Positions 1-13,290 of a DNA stretch of 64,000 bases are shown one piece after another (the stretch's first letter is position 1; each line of letters opens with the position of its first letter). Position numbers and translations under genes: made by a program. Source of the DNA: Trichoplax sp. H2 (lineage: Eukaryota); assembly GCA_003344405.1 (NCBI GenBank), contig NOWV01000251.1, positions 1-64,000 of the forward strand, given 5' to 3'. Under the pieces are notes generated by a model. That model was not told the origin of the DNA, made no database searches, and worked only from the letters and a program-made list of their open reading frames with translations.

Positions 1-1193
1 ACATATTATGCAGTAAACAGTCCACGTAATGGAACCATCTTTTACGAATGGGTACCTAGACAATCTTATAATCTAACATGCAAGTTGAAATGATCTCACT
101 ACAATCTTGCAATCGTAATTTTGGGCTCATTTGCGACTGTACTACAGAGAAATATTTAATTCAATATCAGAGAAAAATTTCGGTTCAGTGCCATTTTACT
201 CATGGATGTTAACCAAAATAGAAGTATTTTATAACAGCAGTAGTATATCATTCAAAGTAAACAGCGATCAAAAATTAGATTATTCAATCACTGGGTAACC
301 AGAAATTTGCATGTTATTCTACTTTATTGGATTAAATTGAATAAAGTTAAATTAAAAATGGAAGGTTGTACAAGATTGTTTGTACATGTCATATATCAAA
401 GCGATAGAAAGCGGGCACTACTCTACTTGATTTCCTCTATTTTCAAATTTGGAGGTGAATTCTTCGTCGAGTAGTTCCTGCAGAAGCATGCACATATTAT
501 AATTAATTGCTGGCTATTAATTTTGGTTATCTAATTAGCTAGTTGTGATGTTTTAAATTTGTCATGGCATTTAATCTCATATCACTAGAGTACCATATAT
601 GACACCATTAGTAAGATCTATGAATGATAATTATATAATAGAAGGAAGTGAGCCCTAGCTATAAAGTTCCTCACTCTGTATTAACGGGAGGGTGGGATTG
701 TTATGTTATTAATAATAAACAAGCTATACTAATAAAAATTCGTCATTAAAGTTCCACATGATACGCTATGTTAACGGATAATGATATTTATCATTTGAAA
801 AGAAAACTGCATGTTTACTTACAATGAAAATAGAGAACTAGTAAAGTAGCTAAAGCGCATTTCAGTTGTTAACTATCAGGTTATTATTGCTTCTAAAAAA
901 GATCAATTATTTATAGCCTATTCCATATACTCTATGATACACTCGGAATTAGAAAGTAATCCAAAATTGTTAAAAATTTTCGTCCGTGTGTCTAGGAATA
1001 CACAAGTAATTTTAAATACATACTCATTTTGAAAAGTGATTGTACGCTATTATATAGATAAAATTGGAAGTATAAGTACAGTACGTAATTATTATGTGTG
1101 AAAGAAGTTTCGGTAATAATTAACAGAATGATAGTTGATCTTATTGAACATCCGGAGTTGAAGACAACTAATTTATGAATTATTATTTGCATT

Positions 1194-1627
1194 TGTCACA
1201 AACCAGCTTTGTGACAAGGATAACGTAAAATAAATCTCTAAATTACTATAGTCTTCGGAATTCAGTATCCCTACTCACAAGAATTTAGACGCCTTTGATT
1301 CTACGTTAAACTCAACTATACAATTGAGAACTACTTTGTTCAACTATCTGACGGGCTTTATACCTTGTAAAGCAGCAAACATTCGTGAGTCATTTTATAA
1401 AAATACCTAGGTGAGAACATCTATTAACTAATTTTTCACATTCAGACAACAACATGTGCATTCACAGAATCATTTCAGTGTACATTACAGCACAACATTA
1501 AATTTACTGTAACACATTTATAATTAGAGTAACTCTTATTGTAAGTAACTAGTTGTAATATATTATCACTATATTATATAAACCAAATTTAGATAGCTCT
1601 TTCTTCACAGTAGTTCGTACCGTGACA
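1194..1627. mobile_element. Solo-LTR-like (or small TIR) insertion, 434 bp
   Basis: Termini TGTCAC...GTGACA, flanked by a GCATT direct repeat (1189-1193, 1628-1632). The duplicated segment at ~16025-16035 has the empty site with a single GCATT. A diverged copy lies at ~30019-30586. Confidence 0.8.
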
Positions 1628-2755
1628 GCATTGCTAAGATCAGGTTACATAGCTTCTTAAACAGATTTTTAGCTTATTAATTAATTAAGGTACATTGCAC
1701 ATAGAACAAATAATGCACATAAATGAGGCAGTACCATAAATTATCCTAGGAATAGATAATCTTATTGAACCAAAAGAGCACAGATTTAACCTACTTTTAA
1801 ATTATTTGCATTGCTATGATGAAGTTATACATCTTTATACCACGATCTTCATTTCTTAACTTCAAATTCTTACCATGAATAGTGTAGTTAATCAGTCTCC
1901 TGAAACAAGTAGTGTAAGTGTTATGCTCAAAATAGGTTCACATAGTTTTGTAATGTAATAACAGACTTATTTAATTTTAAGCTCAAAGTCTATCCATCAT
2001 CGCTTGCCTTATCACCTGTCCTAGGCCTCTCTAAGTGCTGCAGTCTATTTACAGACTTATCGATTTTATTCTAAGACTAAAAGTATATTCAGCATCACTA
2101 TTATACATTGATATGAAGCTAAATGATTAACATCATCCATCATTATTGAAAAATTATAATAAGAAATAAAGCTAAATCAAAACTATAACGGACATTATAT
2201 GAGGTAAAGTAGTTTACTGTTATAGAATTGAATGCAGAATACCTTCCAATAATTTATTAATCACCGTAAATTAAGGAAACACTACATTGTGTCATCGAAA
2301 CATGAAGATGCCCTTTAAGAATGTTAAAAGTATGACAGGATGAAATGATTGAGAAACGCGAATGAGTACGAAGAAGAGCTTATGTCTGTTTACGAGATTT
2401 CTGCAATGCAATCGGATTAGAGTAGCACTAGAGCCCTATAGTATCAAAGTGAAATAGGGCTTATCTAAATATGGAGTTCTACAACAGTGGATTAGAAACG
2501 AATTTAGACTAAGAATAGCCTAGACTACCGATAGAAACATGCATTACTGTATACCATGGGTAGTCCATTATGAATGCAAGATAGAGAAGATTAAACTCTC
2601 TGAAAACGGAGCAAATCAATCTTGATTTCCATAACAATGAACTCGATACGCTTTGGTAAACAACTGATTAAATTAATTTAATTTAATTTAAAGCCCTATA
2701 AAAATCAATCCTTGCATGAAATTGTGTACAATATATATAGCAGTCCCAGTACACT

Positions 2756-2764
2756 ATCACGTGG
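2756..2764. promoter_or_regulatory. ATCACGTG E-box upstream of paralog 1
   Basis: CACGTG at 2758-2763, 234 bp before the ATG; position conserved among paralogs. Confidence 0.55.
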
Positions 2765-2991
2765 TGATTGCTAGCTCCATCATCGATTTTCACATGACCT
2801 TGGCACATTCTTGATCTCAGCCCTTTTCACCTACGGCTAAAATCGCAGATAGAAGTTCTTGTGGTCTCCATCATCACTTTCAATCTATCTTTGCTAAAGT
2901 ACTCCTGTATCTAACAGCTCATTTACTGTACTATTTCATTTGTGGATAGGTTCAATTATATTACTAAACATCAAACTGCAACGATTTCAAC

Positions 2992-3750
2992 ATGGCTAAA
3001 CACAATCCTATGGAACATGTACTAGAGCTTTATAAACAATTTCGAGATAGCGATTCTCCCTTTATCGTCGATGAAAAAAATAATATACGGTATAGTGTCA
3101 TGCAAGAAGAAGATATGGATGAAGCTATGAAAGTCATTGCTATCTCTTTTATTGAACAAAATGAAATTTATAAAAGTCGAGGTGTTACGGTCGAGCAGTA
3201 TATCCTTGCTGCTAAATTTGAATGCCGATTGGCGATGGAAGATAAATTGGCAATCGTTGCTCGAGATATAGAAAATAATAAATTAGTTGGAGTAGGAATT
3301 GGTTATGTTTATAGTAAGGTAACTGAAGTGACAGCGGGCGAGAACGTTATTAATAACTATGGAGAAGCTATGGCTCCGATTATGGATTGTATGATGCAAT
3401 TATATGAAGACGCAGAGAAAAAAGAATCCTTTGATCCAAAGAAAATGATCGTTATCGATGATGTTGCTTGCTTGAGAGGTGAAAAATATGCTAGTAAGGC
3501 TATTGGATTCTTGAGCGGTTTTTTAGTAGAAGCAATAAGTGCTCGACATGGTTATGACAACATGATAACCACTATTTTCAATCCAATCATGCAAAAAAGA
3601 GCTCTTGCAGTTGGTTATCGATTAATTTGTTCAGTCGATTTAAATGAATATACCTATAAGGATGAAAAAGTCTTTCTAGACTTGGTAGCAAAAGGCTACA
3701 AGGAAGTGCAAATCTTTATCAAGGACATAATGAAAAATAATAAAAAATGA
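2992..3750 (+). CDS. GNAT-fold aaNAT-like N-acyltransferase, paralog 1 (no PTS1; ends KNNKK)
   Basis: Intronless 252-aa ORF with GNAT pattern (IRYSVMQEEDMDEAMKVIAISF; IVARD...LVGV; IDDVACLRGEKYASKAIG; GYRLI). Clearly paralogous to the other array ORFs. Confidence 0.75.
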   Translation: MAKHNPMEHVLELYKQFRDSDSPFIVDEKNNIRYSVMQEEDMDEAMKVIAISFIEQNEIYKSRGVTVEQYILAAKFECRLAMEDKLAIVARDIENNKLVGVGIGYVYSKVTEVTAGENVINNYGEAMAPIMDCMMQLYEDAEKKESFDPKKMIVIDDVACLRGEKYASKAIGFLSGFLVEAISARHGYDNMITTIFNPIMQKRALAVGYRLICSVDLNEYTYKDEKVFLDLVAKGYKEVQIFIKDIMKNNKK

Positions 3751-3984
3751 ATACGATTCTCATATAGTTGAAAGGATGATTAACTACCAATACTATAATC
3801 ATTTAGACATTAGCATTTTTTCTGCAGCAATATCAAACGTACTTGTATTGATAAAGAAACATTTATTTTTTGTATACGATAGATCTAGACGTGTCTAATT
3901 TCTCAATCGATAAAGCACTCTAATCTTGTGGCTGTTGGTAATAGCTACTTTCTGTTTATATTCTGAATTGGTTCCTGTCGTTAG

Positions 3985-4988
3985 TGTAACATTAACGATT
4001 TCAGATCATATTTCATACGTAGCTTAGCCTGTTAACTTTATAGATTTAAATTTTATGTATTACTGCAAACTTGCATCATGGATAGCGATCTATACAACCA
4101 GATTTTACACTTCTACACCAGCTTCGAAAGAAAATATCCCCAAGATATTTACCACTTGGATCGCGCTAAACGATTGATTGCACTGTATCCGACATTAACG
4201 AATTCAGTATACTTTGGGGCACAATCTAAACTATCACTGCCAAGAAGACCCTACAGCACCAAAAGAGATCGCATTTGCTGCTTTCGAGCTACTAACTATA
4301 CACTTACAAGATCTTAAGAAAGCCACAACATTATTCTCAATCAAGTCGTGTAGCATATGATCGCTGATATCGCCGCGAGGGTTCCAACTCTGCCTAATCG
4401 GAATGTTCATGATTATATGACCGACTCTGAAATAACACAAGACGGAATATGGCTATTAATGCCCAAGTTATGGCTGCAGCAAGTTTGATAGGCTGTGATA
4501 TCGTAATTTACACATTAATTAGCCTGCAAAAGAGATGTCTGACGTAACCTGCCAATTTCAGTCTTTAAATCTTGACTGGCGGTGCTGCATTCCTAGAGAA
4601 TATTTCACAGCACCCAAATGCTGTAATTAGAGTTTAAAAAATATATTTTCTCAACAAATGGTTGATTATAATTGCTAAATAATAGATTTGTTCAGATCAA
4701 AGTCGCTAGACAAAGTAAAGGCTAACGTATTCTTCAAAACTGGAAGAACCGAAGAACTTGATAAGTAAAGTTATAATTATAAAATATCTATTGAATTTGT
4801 GCTCCATGTGATCTGCATGAGATTAGTTGGTGTGAAATCAGATCAGAATTTAATCTTATTTCCTCGATTACTTGATATACTTGTATGCAAGATGGGGGTA
4901 TACTCCGGCCTAGAGGGATATAAACTAGGCTAGCCTAGATTATACTCCCAGTCTATTCTAGACTAGGGTTATAGTTTGGACTGTTACA
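3985..4988 (+). mobile_element. Degenerate Ginger1-like DNA transposon relic with a broken OTU protease domain
   Basis: Broken frame RPYSTKRDRICCFRATNYTLT...VMAAASLIGCDIVIYT...FLENISQHPNAVI resembles an OTU domain. Right end is ...GGACTGTTACA followed by CCGG, with GGGGTATA/CTAG subterminal repeats. Possible left end TGTAACA at 3985. Confidence 0.55.
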
Positions 4989-4995
4989 CCGGTAC

Positions 4996-6100
4996 TGATG
5001 ATGAAATAATTGTTTATTGCATACTATATTGGAAAACATATTTAACATTTCAATCAATGAAATCCTCTATTCTTGATGCTGTTGGTACTAGTCTTTTTTT
5101 TTATCTATATTCTAATTTAATTACGTTAAGAAGATCAAAGATTCTAACATTGATGACGAAATAATTGCTAATTACATACCGAAATTTTAAATGTGATTAA
5201 TGTCTCAATCAATAAATTATTCTATTCTTGATGCTGTTGATGATAACCATTTTGCCTTGTAATATTGTGATCTATATTAGAATTAGATATTTATAGATTT
5301 TGTGTTAACGCTATGTTGGATCGGTCACGAGACTGTTGTTTAGCTGTGATGATTGAGCTCATATTAGTCCTACAACAGGCCGAGAATTGCTTATGGGAAT
5401 ATTTGTGCTAGAGTTTTGCTCAAAGTATGTTGAATAATAAGATGGGTCCGGATCGTATAAAAGGGGCCTTAGAGAGAGCTAAAGTAGCCTAACAGATTTT
5501 CCAAGTAGAGATTACTAGACTAACATTCTACAATTAGTTATAGCCTTTTTATTGCTAATATTCTGTAACCTTTTCACGTACTGTATGTGATAAAGTTATT
5601 CTTATCCTAAGGCTCTCGAATCTCAGTATTGCTATGAACTAGTAGTTCGGAATAGCTTAGAAATAACAATTATAACATGCCTATATTCTGAAATTATATC
5701 CATTCAGGAATACCAAAGTTTTTGATATTGATGATTCAATAATTAATTCTTGTATACTTTTAAACATATTTAATTTCTTAATCAGTAAAATACATTATTC
5801 TCGGGCCGTCAATAATATTCTGATTCTATTGCTGTAGAAGTATCGAAAATAATCGTACTGAGAATGAAATAATTGATTATTGTATGGTTATAAACGTATT
5901 AAATACTCAATCAGTAAAATAGTCTATTCTTAATACTGTTGATGATAGCCGTTGTTGTATCTGTATTCTAAGTTTGCTCCTTTAGGAAAATCAAAGATAC
6001 TTGTCTTGATGAGGGAATAATTGCTTACTGTATTCTCGTAAGAAATTGTAATATTTCAATTAATAACTTACTCTATTATTGTTGCTATTGATGATAGTCT
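4996..6100 (+). repeat. Degenerate tandem repeat, ~140-155 bp unit
   Basis: Core TATTCTTGATGCTGTTG(ATGATA) and variants recur at ~5068, 5224, 5797, 5926 and 6075. Confidence 0.55.
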
Positions 6101-7616
6101 ATATCATGAAAACTTTTAAATTTCATCCCGTCTAATTTAGCTGGTTAGTAATAAAACAGATTACTGTCATGCTGCAGTTAATCTTCTACAGTATGCAGTA
6201 CAACATAATCTTCAGCAAGGAGGCGTCTGACTGTTTCAAGGAATTATCATTGAACGAAGAAGTGGTATCGTATCGTGAAGGATATGTCTATTGACTTATG
6301 TACTAAGGATGTTGCAGTAGCTAATCGGTAAGGTCAAGAATAACGATAAATCTTCTTATAACTGTAATTAATTCAATATAAATTTGAGGTAGGCAATTCT
6401 TATATCCATTATGATCATCCAGATGCTTTCTGAACCTATACCTATCCTCCCTTCGTTACCTTATCATCGGCCATATCATATCTCATTTATTCTGCTAACA
6501 GAGTTGCAATTGTAATATTATAATGTACTTCATTTACTATATAAAGTAAATTAAGAATTAGGTATGAAATTGCGGTAAAAGCAACGCCAATAAGCTATGA
6601 TGACAATATGAATCCTAAGAAAATAATTTGGCATGCTTTTGCTTGCATCTTTCATATTTATGAACAGTTATGAGGAGGTTTCCCAGTTTACTACTGTATG
6701 AAAACTAGACTACGCTGAGCCCGAGTAAATAAGATAGTAGGTTAGCGGTGTTAGTGGCACTCTATCAGGTGTAATAGGCCTAGCGGATTATTAAAAGATA
6801 TTACTAGGGATGTTAGTCATGCGGTTAAGTAGGACTACATGGCGCCTTGGTAGGTGGTACCGACACTTCTAAGTAGATGGCGTATAATTGGCCCAAAGTG
6901 AGGGATGACAATCATACGTAGCTTGGGGTCTTGCACTCGTAAGGCCCACATTAAATATAAATGAGAATAAGCAATAGTATAGGAAGCAAAAAATAAGATA
7001 TGAGTTGAACTGACTGAAATAGGGATTGGGAAAACATCTTTATCATTAATCCTTTCTAGGAATGTAGACTATAAAAGACTCACTACTTGGAGCTGGAGTA
7101 GGTCGATAACCTTGCGCTAGTTGTATTTGTGTGTGTAGTTGCGTCATCTTAAGTTCTACTAATGTAAAATTCAACGGTAATATTTTTGAAGTAATAAACT
7201 CTTTTAACCACTACAGAGAGGCCTAATACCCTTGCATGACTAGATACTGTAGGGTTGGAAATAGTTCTATATTAAAACTACTGATGACAATTTGGCATTA
7301 AATGAAGGAAACAAGAGCCAGTGTATAGGAAATAATGGTAAATATACTAATGAATTCGTTCATTGCATAGTTAATTAGGATAATAATCATGCGAGTACTA
7401 CATCCTTAGTCATGATATGATCGTGATTTTACATAACTTGACTTCATTACAGAACCCTTCCAAATTAAACATCAAGACTTGTTTTTGTGGACTGAAAAAT
7501 AAATCAAAAAACTTTCATGATATCTGGCTATTGCTTATCCAACTTGAATTGTATCTTCATAACTTAATCAGGCATCAAGCTTTACCTGCTTATTAAAGCT
7601 TAAAACAATTTTAAAC

Positions 7617-8402
7617 ATGGACAGTTACGAGAGGGCACAATATGTAAATAGAATTATTCTCCAATTCCAAAAAGGTCATGCTACCTTTCTCAATGATCCT
7701 CGTTATCCAATTCGTTATAGTATCATGGAAGAACACGAAATCGATGAGGCCGCTACTATGATGGCAAAGTCTTTTATTGAACAAAATGAAATGTACAAAA
7801 CGAGAGGAATTACTGTGGATGACTATCTCGAATCGGTTATCCATGAATGCAGAATGTCTGTTGAGGATAAGTTATCCATAATCGCTCGTGATATGGAAAC
7901 CAATCAGATAATTGGAGTAGCAGTAGCATACTCTTATAACAAAGCACTTCAATCATTTGCAGAAAATGAGGAAACTACCCAGCCGAAAGAAGCGCTTGCA
8001 CCGGTGATGGATTGTATGCTGCGATTAGTAGAAAAAGTAGAGCAAATGGAATCTTTCAATCCTGATAAAACGGTGATTATCGACGATGTTGCAGCTGTAA
8101 GAGGTGAAAAATACACAGGTAAATTGGTAGGATTCCTATGTGCTGGACTAGTCAAAGCATTATGTGTTCGATCAGGTTATTCATATTTGCTAACGGTCGT
8201 TCTCAATCCGGTAATGCAACGAAGAGTTCGTTCATTGGGTTATAAACTTCTTCATAGTTTAAAATTGGACGAATATATTTATCGAGGCGAAAAAGTCTTT
8301 TCCAATTTGGTCGAAAAAGGCTATCATAGTGGACAAATTTTCGTAAATTATTTAAACGATAATTGTAAAAAATTAGTAAGCTCTCCACAAGCGAAATTAT
8401 AA
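7617..8402 (+). CDS. GNAT-fold aaNAT-like N-acyltransferase, paralog 2, C-terminal PTS1 (AKL)
   Basis: Intronless 261-aa ORF; IDDVAAVRGEKYTGKLVG; ends SSPQAKL. Confidence 0.78.
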   Translation: MDSYERAQYVNRIILQFQKGHATFLNDPRYPIRYSIMEEHEIDEAATMMAKSFIEQNEMYKTRGITVDDYLESVIHECRMSVEDKLSIIARDMETNQIIGVAVAYSYNKALQSFAENEETTQPKEALAPVMDCMLRLVEKVEQMESFNPDKTVIIDDVAAVRGEKYTGKLVGFLCAGLVKALCVRSGYSYLLTVVLNPVMQRRVRSLGYKLLHSLKLDEYIYRGEKVFSNLVEKGYHSGQIFVNYLNDNCKKLVSSPQAKL

Positions 8403-10114
8403 TTTTCTTAACGGCAATTTCCCCCTTATTATATCATTTAACTGGCTTCATTTACTTTATAGTCATCTCTAAATAAGAATTTTATACAGTTACGAATGTT
8501 CTCCGCATTAATTAATATAGCAGTCAAATAGTAAATTACTCATTTTATAAATCACTGCTCGCATTGCATTTATACTTACGTCATCTATTCGAAGGTGATG
8601 AAAATTATTTTAAGTTCTGGTAATCTAAGAATTATGCTGCCAACCAATGAGATTATAACCGCAAATGCAATGGATAGAAAGCTAGGTTTTGATCTTATAG
8701 ACTCACAGCCCGTGATAAAAAATTGTAAGAAAGGAATTATAATCTTTAAGAATTTGATGATTAACACAACCAATTTTTAAGCAAAGAGCATTATTTCGGG
8801 GCAGTTATTTCGCTGATAGAGATTGCTATCATTTTTACATAACCCAAATTAGCTCGCTACACTTTTTCGTTGAGACTATAAGATATTGATTTGAAAATGC
8901 TTATTGATTAAAACAGTGGTGATGATTGATTACTTCCAGTTGGTACCTAGTTTAATTAAGATTAAAATATCAGTGTTATCGTTATCATGATATGAACATT
9001 CGCTGTTACGGTATCGCTGAAATAAGATAACTTGTAAATTCTATATTATTGATTAGTCCCATCTTCAGATAGAACTAATATATAATAATCGGTAATAGCT
9101 AGTAAGTCCGAAGCTAAATCTAAATAAATTAAAGCATATAACAATTCATTTATGCTTTGGCCTTGCTTAAGTTCCGACATTAATAATAGGCATAATTGTC
9201 AATCTTGCTGTAGTAATGAACTCCACAGTTGATTGTATTGATAGCTATATTTGATATAGCATAGTTGCTAAGAATAGATATTATCATGATGCTAATATTA
9301 TACGATTGCTATCCTTTATATTATAATGAACAAGAAGATTCAGATTAGGACGACTATAAAATCAAAGCTGTAACGAATTTATCAACAAAAAATTGGTTGG
9401 ATATGTATAACTGCTCATGTGAAAGGTTGTCATCGAATTATACAACAGCAAAGTCTTGATATTAAAATATTATTAGTTTAGTATATTGCTTTAATTCGAT
9501 ATACTGCCATTGTCCAGATGTCTAGCACCTAGTATTGGACAATAAGAGAAGAGAGATGATATTTTAAGTAGATCAATTCGTACAGTAAACATATTGATGA
9601 TTTATTTGAGGAAAATTTTTCCGTTTAATGACTCAAGTCTGATTGTAGGCAACTTTATAGCCGTAAATAGATTAAACTAAATACATTTAAGGATAGCAGA
9701 TAGGAGCTTGCAATTCTTTTGAGCTCAGGATATTTTAGATTAGATTCTTGTTTTAGTTAATAATATATTAATTATTGTTCGACGATGCTTAACACTAATA
9801 AAAAATTATTTTAAGTTCAATCTGTCTGAGATGACTGTATTTGTGAAAATTAGACTCGATTAGATAGAGTAGTTGTGAGATACACTTATTACACTCACAA
9901 TTAGCGAGTTTAAAGACTTTCCTAGCAACATCACATCTACATAAATGCTGCTATGCAAAAGAAGCATCATGCTTATTCCTTCAAATTGATCTAATTTAAA
10001 AATCAATGCTATAAGTGCGCCTATGTATTTATACATCATCGTTGATAATAATATTTCATAATAAATGTAAGAGTAGAAGCAATAAGTAGAATCGAAGGCC
10101 TAATTTAGTTGATG

Positions 10115-10123
10115 ATCACGTGT
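10115..10123. promoter_or_regulatory. ATCACGTG E-box upstream of paralog 3
   Basis: CACGTG at 10117-10122, 198 bp before the ATG. Confidence 0.55.
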
Positions 10124-10314
10124 GTACTCTATTTGCTTAGTTATGAGTCCATCTCGGTTACTTACGCCACTGCTCTTACGTAAAATAGTATAGTTTCATA
10201 ACTAGTTTGATAATTTGATCATCATTCTTTCTTTTTTGTTATCTATGATTAGCAACATTCTGTCATTAGTCCGTGTTAATAATATATCGATAAATATCTC
10301 CAACCAATTTAGAC

Positions 10315-11100
10315 ATGACTGAAGACAAGACTGTACAACATGTAAAAAGAATCGTACATCAATTTCGAAATAGTCATGCTTCATTTATCATCGATCATCA
10401 TCATGGTATTGGTTATAGCATTATGGAAAAAGACGACATAGACGAGGCGGCTAATGTTCTTGCTATGGCTTTCACACAGCAAAACGAAATGTATAAATGT
10501 AGAGGCATTACTTTTGATGACTATGTTGAAATAGCATCCCATGAATGTCGAATATCAGCAGAGGAAAAGCTTTCCATCGTTGCACGAGATACAGAAACAA
10601 ATCAGATAGTCGGAGTAGCAGCGGGTTATTCTTACACCAAAGCAATTCAAGCTTTTGATGCAAACAACACAGAGAACAAGCACATGGAAGCTATAGAACC
10701 AATCATGGATTGTATGTTACAACTATACGAAAAAGTAGAACAAATGCCATCATTTAATCCGCATAAAACGGTTATAATGGATGATCTTGCTTGCGTACAA
10801 GGTGTCAAGTACGCTGGTAAAGCCATTGGATTTATATGCGGTGGATTAATCAGAGCAGTAAGTGCTCGACATGGTTATTCCTATTTGCTGACGGTGGCTA
10901 TCAATCCGGTGATGCAAAGACGAGCACATGCTATAGGTTATAAACTCATTCATTCCATCAATTTCGACGAATATACTTACAAGGGTCAGAAAGTATTTCA
11001 TGAATTACTGGATCAGGGTTATTATCGAGCCCAAATTTTTATTTATTATTTGAATGAGGAGAGTAATAGATTAGGGAGCTCTTCACAAGCAAAATTATGA
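10315..11100 (+). CDS. GNAT-fold aaNAT-like N-acyltransferase, paralog 3, C-terminal PTS1 (AKL)
   Basis: Intronless 261-aa ORF; MDDLACVQGVKYAGKAIG; ends SSSQAKL. Confidence 0.78.
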   Translation: MTEDKTVQHVKRIVHQFRNSHASFIIDHHHGIGYSIMEKDDIDEAANVLAMAFTQQNEMYKCRGITFDDYVEIASHECRISAEEKLSIVARDTETNQIVGVAAGYSYTKAIQAFDANNTENKHMEAIEPIMDCMLQLYEKVEQMPSFNPHKTVIMDDLACVQGVKYAGKAIGFICGGLIRAVSARHGYSYLLTVAINPVMQRRAHAIGYKLIHSINFDEYTYKGQKVFHELLDQGYYRAQIFIYYLNEESNRLGSSSQAKL

Positions 11101-11584
11101 GTTCCTGCAACTACACTTCAGGTCACGTAATGCATCTATTAGTCAATTAATCATCCGTAGATTGCTAGTTGCTATTAATGCACACGTATTTAAAAATCGA
11201 TTCGATTAACTTCTGATTATCAAGAAAAATCTATTTCTTACACTAATTAAACTAAATCATCATCGATTGGTATTAATGGCTGCTGTACTGCTAATTATTC
11301 AGTTATCAGGAAAGCACAATTAAGAAACTTAGGAAGCTAGGAATGTTTATTATTATTATTTGTAATTCTTTCGTGGAAAGACGCTGATGGAAGTATATAA
11401 AAAGACTATATTATTATCATTTTCATTCAATTTAAAACTTTCAATCTATTGGCATTTATAAATTAGCTATCTGAACTATACTTTGGTTTGACACAACTAC
11501 CGCTGACTTTAATTTAGAACACGAGGCTTATCGAAAAGAAACATCATTGCGAAATCTTAACGAACATCAGGAGCAAGCAAAGTG

Positions 11585-11848
11585 ACCTCTAGTAGTGCTT
11601 GTCTTTACGTAAAAAGTTCTAAGAAGAGAAATTAATTAAAATTTCTGATAGTCGAAATACTATCAACTATCACTTGATTCGACAAAAAGATGTTGAAGAA
11701 GCTGCTAGTCTTTGTGCGCAATGTTATGCGGACGATGACAAGTCTTTTAATGTATTGGGTATCTCTAAAGAAGAGTATTTACTCACGGCAACCGAACGAA
11801 GGTATAGATGTAATTATTCTCACAGACGATGGCAAAATTGCTGGTATA
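11585..11848 (+). pseudogene. GNAT pseudogene, 5' fragment (paralog-5-like)
   Basis: L**CLSLRKKF*EEKLIKISDSRNTINYHLIRQKDVEEAASLCAQCYAD...EGIDVIILTDDGKIAG aligns to the N-terminus of 21088-21843, with stops and a frameshift. Confidence 0.85.
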
Positions 11849-13290
11849 ATATTAATTTACTTTAATGTACTTGCCACCAATTATTAAAGTTCACACTCTA
11901 TAATATCTAGGTGTTCAAATCTTATCAGTAACTAAATCTTAAACAATGGTAACACGAATTCTGAGCTACAACCAACAATACATACGACTCTACATTTATT
12001 AACTACCACTTTAATGGTATAAGAATGGAATAATTACTACATCGTAAGCAATTCGCAAAATTATTAAATAAAATAAGCGAAAAAGCATTGCTGATTAAAA
12101 ATATCTACTTACTTAGCTTAATAGCATTGAATTAAACTATATAGAAATTATGCTAATTTTAATTGAAACGTAATGCGATAATTTTATTCTGGATACTATA
12201 GATAATAAGCTGCATTATCCAAAAGCATACATGCATAAATAAAATCAATACAGAACTAGAAATTGCTATATTGTTATAGACAAGAATGTTTAATGATCAC
12301 GTATCTTAGACGCTCTACATCATAAGCAACGCCTTGAGAACAATGATGGCTCTATTTATCACCATTAAGTATAAAAACAAGTCTAAGGATAAAAGCTGGC
12401 GACATCGAAGAGTATACATAAGTAGCAATAAATAGCGGTGAACTGCACCTTGGTTGCCTAGCAGAACTCAGTACCTTTTACCAGAATTCGAAATTCTGGT
12501 ATACTTGTATTGTACGATAAGTACAGACTTTTTAATACAAGCTTTGAAGGCCAAGAAGATTATTCAGTTGTCGATCATAAAGATTTGTGACGAATTACGT
12601 TGTTCTTCTGATATAATCAAAGTAAAGTTAAACAGAATAGACTAATTCAAGACTTTGGCGTTTTCAATATTATCATATGTTATACTTATAATTGAATTAG
12701 TTAAAACGGTAAGACAAGGTATTTATACATTTATTAATGCAACAAAGTTCACTAGTCCTATCAAGTCAACCATTAAATCAATTCTAGATCTTGTCATCGT
12801 CTTAATAGATTTAAGGTATTATTCAATAAGATAACTAGTTCAAGATTGTAGCATATCCTATAGGACCTTCTACATAGATAGCTGTTAGATTAAGGCGCTA
12901 AATTAGGCATTAATCTATTCTAAACAAGTAGGACTGTTAAATTATCCTCAATCTTGTAAAATTAATGACCAATTTCGTCATCTATGTTAATAGAATCAAT
13001 GCAAAACTAAATAGGAAACCAAATTCAAGGTAATACTATACTATGATAGTAACTTATGCCGGAAAGTTTGATTACTCAACTGAAATAATGTTAGTAGCCA
13101 TTCAGAGATTTAACACAAATCTATTGAATCGAAAAATAGATTCTTTTATCGTTAACTAAAATTAGTGTAACAATTCGTTAGCACCACTAGAAGAGAGTTT
13201 ATGCCACCATAAACGATCTAGTATTATGTATACTATAGCCGTTCGTGAAAATAACTCCAATTTTTATTCTTTAATTAATTACCAGCCGAA

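Larger units (their letters stand above)
1..3860 (+). repeat. Segmental duplication, copy A (left end outside the window)
   Basis: 1-1193 matches 14839-16031, 1628-2112 matches ~16027-16517, and 3128-3860 matches 16521-17255, with few substitutions. Confidence 0.93.
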
